Below are positions 9,639-17,011 of a DNA stretch of 64,000 nt, piece by piece. Location of the stretch: the NCBI GenBank assembly GCA_963833985.1, contig CAWIAD010000002.1, positions 6,144,001 to 6,208,000 of the forward strand, written 5' to 3'. Every line of letters begins with the position of its first letter. The first letter of the stretch is position 1. The notes beneath the pieces are model-generated. The model was not told where the DNA came from and made no database searches. It worked only from the letters and a program-made list of their open reading frames with translations. A program made the position numbers and the translations under genes. Source of the stretch: an uncultured Planctomycetaceae bacterium (GTDB taxonomy: Bacteria; Planctomycetota; Planctomycetia; Isosphaerales; Isosphaeraceae).

Positions 9639-10943
9639 ATGAGCCCGCCATCAAGGCCACAGCAAAGCCCGGACGCCCAGGACGACGGCCGGACCTCGCC
9701 CCGCGTCTGGGTCATCTGCGGACTGATGCTGCTGGCGACCATGCTGAATTACATGGACCGGCAGACGCTGGCACAGCAGGCCACCGAGATCCGCGGCGCA
9801 CTGGGGCTGAGCAACGAGAACTATGGCTGGCTGGAGACAGGTTTCGGGCTGGCATTTGCCTTCGGCAGCCTGGTCACCGGGGCCATGGCCGACCGGGTCA
9901 GCCTGCGCTGGCTTTATCCAGCAATCCTGCTGGGCTGGTCGGCGGTCGGGTTCCTGACCGGCTGGGTGGAAAGTTACTTTCAGCTTCTGCTTTGCCGTGT
10001 CCTCCTGGGCTTCTTTGAGGCCGGGCAGTGGCCCTGTGCGCTGGCGGCCGCACAACGCCTGCTGCCCCGTGACCGGCGGCCTCTGGGCAATAGCATTCTC
10101 CAGAGCGGTGCATCGCTGGGTGCCATCATCACGCCGCCCCTGGTGCTTCTGCTGAACCACGGCGGCCCGGGCGCCTGGCGTCTTCCCTTCCAGGTCGTGG
10201 GGGCGGCAGGCTTGGCCTGGATCGTCCTCTGGCTTCTGGTCATTCGCCCCCGCGATCTGGAGATCGCCGGCGAGCCTGAGCCTGCCGGGCCAGGCCGCAC
10301 GGAACTGCCGGCCCAGGCCGCGCCCAGCGAGCGCATTCCCGTCGCACGGTTCCTTGCCCTGGTGGTCGTGGTCATCACCATCAACCTCTGCTGGCAGTAC
10401 TTCCGCGCCTGGATGCCGATGATGCTGGAGACGCAATACGGCTACAGCAAGACCCGGACGCAGAGCTTCAGCTCGCTGTACTACCTGGCCGCGGGCATTG
10501 GCTGCCTGCTGGCGGGCCTGGCCGTCAAGTGGTTGACAGGCAATGGCTGGCCGGTGCACCGGGCGCGAATGGCCGCATTCGCGTTCTGTGTGCTGCTGAC
10601 CGCCTCCAGTACGCTCATGGTGCTGCTGCCGTCTTCCTGGGGGCTTCTGGTGATCTTGCTGCTTGTGGGCTTTGGTTCGCTCGGGCAATTCCCGCCGTAC
10701 TACGCCTTCACGCAAGAGCTGTCGGTGCGGCAGATGGGCAATATCACCGGCCTGCTCAGCTTCATGACCTGGACGTCCACTGCGCTGGTGCAGGGGCTGA
10801 TAGGCCGCTGGATCGACCGCACCGGCTCCTACGCCGCGGTGACCTGCCTGGCCGGCCTGGTGCCGATGCTGGGATTGCTGGCCTTGCTGATCCTGTGGAA
10901 TCAGGGTCGAAAACCACAGAGAGTGTCAGGAACAGGGTGTTGA
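9639..10943 (+). CDS. MFS transporter (ACS/ExuT-like)
   Basis: LNYMDRQ, G.MADR, CRVLLGFFEAG, about 12 TM segments; start ATG 9639 (or 9630) directly after creatininase. Confidence 0.88.
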   Translation: MSPPSRPQQSPDAQDDGRTSPRVWVICGLMLLATMLNYMDRQTLAQQATEIRGALGLSNENYGWLETGFGLAFAFGSLVTGAMADRVSLRWLYPAILLGWSAVGFLTGWVESYFQLLLCRVLLGFFEAGQWPCALAAAQRLLPRDRRPLGNSILQSGASLGAIITPPLVLLLNHGGPGAWRLPFQVVGAAGLAWIVLWLLVIRPRDLEIAGEPEPAGPGRTELPAQAAPSERIPVARFLALVVVVITINLCWQYFRAWMPMMLETQYGYSKTRTQSFSSLYYLAAGIGCLLAGLAVKWLTGNGWPVHRARMAAFAFCVLLTASSTLMVLLPSSWGLLVILLLVGFGSLGQFPPYYAFTQELSVRQMGNITGLLSFMTWTSTALVQGLIGRWIDRTGSYAAVTCLAGLVPMLGLLALLILWNQGRKPQRVSGTGC

Positions 10944-11019
10944 GCCGGATCTCCAGGAGCATCCTCGGAGTGTGAACAGCTCATCGTGTGGCACGCCACC
11001 AGGACCGTTCGACTCACGT

Positions 11020-12522
11020 TCAGCGGCGGCGGACGATCATGCCGTAATGGTCAGGTCCATCGTCTTGCCGGGCGGTCGCGGTACGCTGCCAGACCGGCGC
11101 CGATGGCCCCAGGTCGGATAAGCTTCTCACGCCAGCACGAACCTGCTGGGCCGACAGGCAATAGACATCGAACGTTGCGGCATCATCTCCTGCACTGGCT
11201 CCTGCGCTGTCTCCGCTGCCCAGCACCACGCGGTGACGCGGACTGAGGTAATAGCGTGCGGCCTCCACCTCGTCACGGGGAAACCGCGAGTCGCTGGGGT
11301 GAATCGCAATGGTCGCATTTCCCTGCGTTTCCTGGCTCAGCCACTGCCCGAGCGCCCTCCAGTCGGCCTTGACCACAGGGCTGTTGTTGCTTGCCTCGAT
11401 CGCCGCGATCGAGAGGCAGAATGCCCCGAGCGCGAGAGCCCAGCGCAAGGGTCCGGGCAGCATGCACAGACCGTGGGCCAGCAAGAGCAGATAGGCGGGG
11501 GCAATGAAGAGATGATAACGACCTGGCCCGAAGATCGGCTGGCGGAGCCAGGATTCCACGAACATGAGGACGGGAGGCACCACCAGCCAGCACAGCAGGA
11601 TCCCGCTTTCCACGGGCTGGCTCAGTCGCGGACGACGACCCTGCGTGGTGAACAGCCCCGCGGCGATGACCAGGATGCACGCCAGCAACACGAGGCTGTT
11701 GCCGCCGATGTACTCGATCGGTACGGCCAGCAGTACGCGCAGCGAGTACCGCGGGAGCGGATAATCGGTCCCGTGGTCGAGATAGCGCGGCAGCCATGGT
11801 GCGATCGCCAGCAAGACGCCGGCCAGGATGACCAGCCACGAGCGGAACCCGAGCGCGAGTGAGCGGCGGACGAGCAAGTATGCGGCAATGTGCGCCGCGA
11901 CCATGAAGAGGCCAACCGGGTGGCTGTACACAAGCGCCGTCAGCATCAGACCGTAGGCGATCCTCAGCGGGATGGACTCCGTACGCCGGAACTCCAGGAA
12001 CAGCAGCCACGACAGGCAGGCGACGAGCACCAGCCAGGCGTACATGCGCGCTTCCTGTGCGTGGTAGACCAGGGGCGGGCAAACGGCCGCGAGCCAGGCG
12101 GCCCAGCGCCCCGCCTGATCGTTCCAGAGGCGCCGGCCAAGCTGATAGACGGCCAGCACGGTGCCGATTCCGCAGACGGCGCTGAACGATCGTCCGGCCG
12201 TCTCCGAGTCGCCGAAGAGCTTGACCCAGCCCTGAAGAACCAGCGGATGAAGCGGCGCGCGGGTGCCGTCGATCTGGCCAAGCAGGCCGATCAGCGCGCG
12301 GGGACCGGCCGTCCGCGCCAGCCGCATGGTGACCACCTCGTCATACCAGAAGCTGTACTGGCCCAGCCCGCGCACGCGGAGCCAGACGGCGGTGAAGAGA
12401 ATCAGCAGGAGGTGTGCCGCGATGCCAAAGCGGCAGGTGCCTGCGACTGAACTTCCGAGGCCCGGAGCGTCTTCCTGGCGATCGACGGCAGTCCGCCGCG
12501 GTCCTCGCCAGGGCGGGCTCAT
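11020..12522 (-). CDS. GT-C glycosyltransferase (family 39 / ArnT/PMT-like)
   Basis: SFWYDE, PLHP, GRSFSA, QEARMYA, multiple TM helices; start overlaps ArsR stop. Confidence 0.85.
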   Translation of the reverse strand: MSPPWRGPRRTAVDRQEDAPGLGSSVAGTCRFGIAAHLLLILFTAVWLRVRGLGQYSFWYDEVVTMRLARTAGPRALIGLLGQIDGTRAPLHPLVLQGWVKLFGDSETAGRSFSAVCGIGTVLAVYQLGRRLWNDQAGRWAAWLAAVCPPLVYHAQEARMYAWLVLVACLSWLLFLEFRRTESIPLRIAYGLMLTALVYSHPVGLFMVAAHIAAYLLVRRSLALGFRSWLVILAGVLLAIAPWLPRYLDHGTDYPLPRYSLRVLLAVPIEYIGGNSLVLLACILVIAAGLFTTQGRRPRLSQPVESGILLCWLVVPPVLMFVESWLRQPIFGPGRYHLFIAPAYLLLLAHGLCMLPGPLRWALALGAFCLSIAAIEASNNSPVVKADWRALGQWLSQETQGNATIAIHPSDSRFPRDEVEAARYYLSPRHRVVLGSGDSAGASAGDDAATFDVYCLSAQQVRAGVRSLSDLGPSAPVWQRTATARQDDGPDHYGMIVRRR

Positions 12523-12872
12523 CGTGCCGGGCCCAGCTTTTGCAGCAATTGGCTCTGGCGTTCGACCGAACGCTCCACCTCGCCGCGGATCGTCGAGCAG
12601 ACCAGCGTGCAGAGCTGCTCGACCAGGGGGTCGTCGAGACGGTAGTACACCTGCAACCCCTCCTTCCGCCGGCGCACCAAGCCCGAGTCGGCCAGGAGCT
12701 TGAGATGCTTGGAAACGTTGGCCTGCCCGCGTCCCGTTTCCGTGACGACCTGCCCTACGCTCTTCTCGCCCTCCATGAGCGTACGGAGGATCGCCAGCCG
12801 CGTCGGATCGGCCAGCATCTGAAACTTGGTCGCGATCAGGTCCAGCAGGTCGTCGGGGAGGAGTGGAGTCAT
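12519..12872 (-). CDS. ArsR/SmtB family transcriptional regulator with C-terminal CxxxC
   Basis: FQMLADPTRLAIL, QANVSKHLKLL, GLVRRRKEGLQVYYRL, then LCTLVC. Confidence 0.93.
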   Translation of the reverse strand: MTPLLPDDLLDLIATKFQMLADPTRLAILRTLMEGEKSVGQVVTETGRGQANVSKHLKLLADSGLVRRRKEGLQVYYRLDDPLVEQLCTLVCSTIRGEVERSVERQSQLLQKLGPAR

Positions 12873-12876
12873 TGTG

Positions 12877-12905
12877 TTGACTTTATAGCCCTTCGATTAT
12901 ATAAC
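12877..12905 (+). promoter_or_regulatory. sigma70-type promoter for the small ORF at 12975, overlapping a probable divergent leaderless arsR promoter
   Basis: TTGACT(12877-82)-N17-TATAAC(12900-05); on the minus strand TAAAGT lies 7 nt before the arsR ATG; AT-rich island with palindrome TTATATAA. Confidence 0.55.
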
Positions 12906-12974
12906 TAAAGAAGGCAGTACCTTATTGTAACCGCCTGGGACTGAGGTGCAAGGGCCTTGGAACGGAAGAAATCG

Positions 12975-13181
12975 ATGTCCGAAATCTTGCTGATGGTCGG
13001 CTTCGTGGCCGTCTGGATTGTGCTCAATCGCTGGATATTGCCGAGGATGGGAGTGGCCACCTGAATGAGCGGGAGCTGCGCGGTGTCACCGCGCCAGGAG
13101 ACCGACTCGAGGCGTTCGCCCGCCTTTGCCGAGCCGCGGAGCAAGACGGCGAGCGGGGTGGACTCGGAGAAACCGTACTGA
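12975..13181 (+). CDS. Putative small membrane-anchored selenoprotein, 68 aa, UGA at codon 30 (U-x4-C); absent from the ORF track
   Basis: MSEILLMVGFVAVWIVLNRWILPRMGVAT-[TGA 13062-64]-MSGSCAVSPRQ...EKPY-TGA; GGAAG before ATG, upstream promoter, hairpin after UGA; ends 2 nt from the convergent gene's stop. Confidence 0.65.
13076..13097 (+). promoter_or_regulatory. Candidate bacterial SECIS element
   Basis: GCGCGGT-GTC-ACCGCGC stem-loop (13078-13094), extendable by CT/AG pairs with one bulged C; apical loop begins with GU, 20 nt after the UGA. Confidence 0.55.
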
Positions 13182-13183
13182 GC

Positions 13184-13942
13184 TCAGCGGGTTTCTCGCT
13201 GGCGGCTGTCGGGGCTGGCCGCATCTCTGGCCATGAGATGAAAGTCGATCACCAGCGGCAAGTGGTCGGAGGCATCGCGCGCCAGCCGCGAGTGGGCGAT
13301 CCGGACATGGCGAAATCTCCAGCCCCCGCGGGCGAACGCCTTGTCGAGGGCGGTCATCGGAAAGTACGCCGGAAACGACAGGAAGCGTGACCGCGGAGCG
13401 GTTAACTGGCTGAAGCCGCGGCGGGCGAAGAGCCCATCCGCCAGCGTATTGCGCCAGTCGTTGAAATCTCCGACGATCAGCGTGGGCAGGTGAGCGGCCT
13501 GGCGGAAGAGATGGTGTTCCATGAGATGGAGCACCTGCCAGTGCCGTTCCCGCTCGGCCAGGCCAAGGTGCCAGTGGACCAGGTGGAATGGCCCCTCTGG
13601 GCTGTTGACCACGGCAAGCTGAGCGCCGCGGGCTTTCCGCCGCTCGTGCCTGAGCGAGACCTGGTGATGCGACTGGAAGGGCCAGCGCGACAGGACCAGG
13701 TTGCCGTAGCCGCCATCCCTGAGCTTGACGTTGAGCTGATACATGTGAGCCGCGGCGTGAAACGCCTCGACAAGCCGGCGCGGCTGGTCGTCGTGCCGCG
13801 TCCGCGACACGTGCCGGTCCACCTCCTGGAGGCAAATGAGGTCCGGGTTCTGGTCCTCGATGACCTGGATGATCCGCTCCAGACGATAGCGCCGGTCCCG
13901 GCCGCCGATCCCCTTGTGGATGTTGTAGCTCAGCAGTCTCAT
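13184..13942 (-). CDS. Endonuclease/exonuclease/phosphatase family protein (YbhP-like)
   Basis: Start moved to 13942; LLSYNIHKG, LICLQEVD, YGNLVLSR, VGDFNDW, ASDHLPL. Confidence 0.92.
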   Translation of the reverse strand: MRLLSYNIHKGIGGRDRRYRLERIIQVIEDQNPDLICLQEVDRHVSRTRHDDQPRRLVEAFHAAAHMYQLNVKLRDGGYGNLVLSRWPFQSHHQVSLRHERRKARGAQLAVVNSPEGPFHLVHWHLGLAERERHWQVLHLMEHHLFRQAAHLPTLIVGDFNDWRNTLADGLFARRGFSQLTAPRSRFLSFPAYFPMTALDKAFARGGWRFRHVRIAHSRLARDASDHLPLVIDFHLMARDAASPDSRQRETR

Positions 13943-14667
13943 GGTCGCGCGTCGTGCGGCTCCTGCGGCGAGCGTGCGCTCTCTCCCTGGGTCCGCGGGA
14001 CGCTCGCGAGTTTCACGTAATCTTCGAGGTGGTCGCACTTTCCGTTGACCGCCTCGTGCCGGGCCGTGCCCCCCGCATCCCGCTCCACGGGCTGGTCCAG
14101 CCGGGCGTCAGCATGAGTGTGAGTGACGGTGCGGCCGCTCCGGACGGCCCGGATTCCGGACACAACCAGCCAGTGATGGACCGCCCGATAAGCGAACCAG
14201 TAGCCGATCAGGTTCGGGCCGGGCAAGGGCCAGAGCAACGCCAGCGCCACCGGGGCGATGATGGCATTGTAGCTCAGCGCGACGACATGAGCACGCCCGC
14301 GCCGGCGCAGATAATCGCTCCAGAGGCTACGGACCTCTTCAACCGGCCGCGTGGTCGGGTGCTTCAGATCGATCCGCGTGGCCGATCGCAAACGCCGCAG
14401 CATCGGCTCGTCCGCACGGGTCAGTGAATGCATCCAGTCCCAACCTCGCCTCATCCATCCCATTGCTCCGCTTCGAGCATGGTGGACGTCATTCCACCAA
14501 TGCTCCCAGCGCCGGAGCAGTTTATCCCGCAGGGATGTGGGCGCAGCACGCGCGTCATCGGCAGCCTCGTCGGCGACCGCCTCGCACTCGTCTGCGTAAA
14601 AAAAAACGCGCCGGTCGTCCGCCAGAAGCAAGTAGATCGTCACGTGAAAATCCGTTTCTGGTCGCAT
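13939..14667 (-). CDS. Hypothetical membrane protein (resembles Mit_KHE1/DUF2343-like proteins); true start may be GTG 14643
   Basis: Hydrophobic hairpin with LPGPNLIGYWFAYRAVHHW; stop overlaps EEP start. Confidence 0.55.
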   Translation of the reverse strand: MRPETDFHVTIYLLLADDRRVFFYADECEAVADEAADDARAAPTSLRDKLLRRWEHWWNDVHHARSGAMGWMRRGWDWMHSLTRADEPMLRRLRSATRIDLKHPTTRPVEEVRSLWSDYLRRRGRAHVVALSYNAIIAPVALALLWPLPGPNLIGYWFAYRAVHHWLVVSGIRAVRSGRTVTHTHADARLDQPVERDAGGTARHEAVNGKCDHLEDYVKLASVPRTQGESARSPQEPHDARP

Positions 14668-15184
14668 TCAAGGGGAAGTGCCGTTACGGGACCGGGCGCT
14701 GGCATGGGAGGTCTCATCTCGGCCACAATTTTGTCTTGAACCCGCCATGAAACTGCCCTGAACTGGAAGCCACATATCGCGGGGCCCCTTTCCATAGGAC
14801 GAGCAAGACGGCCCTTGCCTCTCCGAAACTGGCGATGAATCCGATGCTCCCGTAGCTCGAGGATTTGCACGTCCCGGGCCGGATGGGAGGGCGCCGCGGT
14901 CCGGCCAGGCCTCGCTTTTTTGGGCATTGACTCATTCCGGGAACGTCTCCTTCCGATGGTAAAACAAAGAAAATGGAGAATCAGGGGATCACCCGGCGCA
15001 GATTTCTCGCCCGCAGCCGATGAGAAAACGACCGCGGGTGATGATTCCTGGTTTGGAATCGGGCTCGGGCCAGTGTTCCAGAACGCACCCGCGCTGGCGG
15101 CGGGAAAAGGAGTTCTTGCCCATGACTGGGGGCGTGCAGCGAACTTCCCGGCAGCGGGAGTCATCACGGGTCTCCGCGCGAAGA

Positions 15185-16852
15185 ATGAACCCGATGCACC
15201 GGGCCGGCACCAGACCCGCGCTGGAATGCCTGGAATCGCGCCAGCTCTTATCGCTTTACACGGGCTTCAGCCACGTCCGCAACGTTCCTACGCCTTACGG
15301 GGTGTATTCACTCCAGGTGCAGGGGCCGGGCATCCTCAAGACCTCGCCGGCCGGCGGCGGGGCGTTCGATGTGAAGGTGCTGGGGACAACCGAGGCATCG
15401 ACGCTCACGATCTCACAGGTGCGCCCGCGGTTTCACGTGCCCAACGGTCCCATGACCATCCGCAACCTCACCATCGGCTCCGGGCAGATTGGCAGCATCC
15501 TGGCCGGCAGCGTGGAGCTGGCCGGGGCCATGACACCGCTCAGCGGCAGCGTCGGCAGCCTGGAACTCGGCGCCCTCGGACCCGCCGCGCAGATTGACGT
15601 GCACGGCAGCGTCAGCACCTTCGACGTCGGCTCCGTGAACCTGGGCCCTGGCGGGCACGTCCTCATCGCCGGCGATGTGAATTCGGCCTTCCAGAGCCTG
15701 GGCCAGAGCGCCGCGGCCACCGCACTGACCATCTCGAGCATGAACCTCAACGGCGGCCAGTTCATCATCGGCCGCGACTCGCTGGAACCGATCAGCATCG
15801 CCGGCGACTTCACCCTCTCACACAACGGCCTCTTCGCCGTCGGCCGCGATCAGACCGGGACGGTCACGGTGGGCGGTTCGGTGGTCATCGACTCGGGCGG
15901 CCAGATCAGCGTGGGCCGGAACCTGGCGGCCCTGTCCGTGGGCGGCAACATCCAGGTCGATCCCGGTGCCAGCGGCATCGTGGTCGGCGGCGACTTGAGC
16001 GCGCTGAGCGTGGGTGGCTTCCTGCGGGGCCAGGGCTCGGCCAGCGCGACCGACCTGGGCGTGGGTCTGAACCTCAATAGCCTGACGGTTCTGGGAGGGG
16101 GCGCGAGCCAGGGCGGCATCCAGTCGGCCAACATCAACGTCGCCAAGAACCTCAGCAATGTGAACGTGGCCCACGGAATCTTCGGAAGCTGGATCACCGC
16201 CGGCGTGGGTATCAACAATGTGAACGTCGGCGCTGATGGAACGACCGCAATCTACAACTCCGAGATTGACGCGGGCACGAGCATTTCCAACGTGACGCTT
16301 GGCGGCGACCTGACCTCCGGCTTCCCGACGGGTGACACCACCGGCTACCCGACGCGAATCATCGCCGGCAAGGTACGCTCGGCGGTGATCGGATCGCCTC
16401 CCGATCAGGGACTCTATCTGCCCAACGGCACGATCAGCAACTTCGCGATTGGCGGCTCGCTGATCAATGCCGTGCTGGCCGCAAGCGTGGCGCCCTATGG
16501 CGGCGACGGCAGCTTGCCCCCGCCGGTGCCCTACGGCGGCACCCCGCGCACCTCGGGCCCTCCACCTACCGGCTTCAGCAACTACAACGCCCCCGGCGGC
16601 CTGACCCAGCTCAGCACGGGCCAGAGCATCAAGAACTACTCCATCCGCTCGTTCGTGAACGGCCAGCCCCTGCCCGTCGCGGTCTACGACACGGCCACTG
16701 ACCCGAACGTGCACGTCAACGTACTCGACGGCGGCACGATCACCGCGACGGTCAGCGGCAGCGTGATCTCGACCCCGCACGACGACAGCTTCGACTTCAC
16801 CGGCATCTTCGCCGTGAACACCGCCGGCGTGAACGGCGGCCTGGCGCCGTGA
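15185..16852 (+). CDS. Secreted planctomycete extracellular protein with Gly/Val/Asn-rich beta-solenoid-like repeats
   Basis: RPALECLESRQLLS N-terminal motif; repeats VGRNLAALSVGG, VGGDLSALSVGG, VGLNLNSLTVLGG; start moved to ATG 15185. Confidence 0.75.
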   Translation: MNPMHRAGTRPALECLESRQLLSLYTGFSHVRNVPTPYGVYSLQVQGPGILKTSPAGGGAFDVKVLGTTEASTLTISQVRPRFHVPNGPMTIRNLTIGSGQIGSILAGSVELAGAMTPLSGSVGSLELGALGPAAQIDVHGSVSTFDVGSVNLGPGGHVLIAGDVNSAFQSLGQSAAATALTISSMNLNGGQFIIGRDSLEPISIAGDFTLSHNGLFAVGRDQTGTVTVGGSVVIDSGGQISVGRNLAALSVGGNIQVDPGASGIVVGGDLSALSVGGFLRGQGSASATDLGVGLNLNSLTVLGGGASQGGIQSANINVAKNLSNVNVAHGIFGSWITAGVGINNVNVGADGTTAIYNSEIDAGTSISNVTLGGDLTSGFPTGDTTGYPTRIIAGKVRSAVIGSPPDQGLYLPNGTISNFAIGGSLINAVLAASVAPYGGDGSLPPPVPYGGTPRTSGPPPTGFSNYNAPGGLTQLSTGQSIKNYSIRSFVNGQPLPVAVYDTATDPNVHVNVLDGGTITATVSGSVISTPHDDSFDFTGIFAVNTAGVNGGLAP

Positions 16853-17011
16853 GGCTCATGGAAGAAAGCAACGGCGAGCATACCCGGTGATATCGACGAA
16901 AATCTCCTTCGGTTCGCAGTGAGTGATGCCACGCCTTGTGAGTAGAGGGCAGGAGCGAAACGACCTTTACGCCCGAGCAATCGGCAAGATGCGGAAGGTC
17001 AAAGTGGCTAG

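Noticed and set aside
14668..15184. Long intergenic regions (also 39544-39971, 59667-60044, 63297-63797) as riboswitch or ncRNA sites
   Set aside because: No recognisable riboswitch, tRNA or sRNA consensus by eye; an Rfam/Infernal scan would be needed
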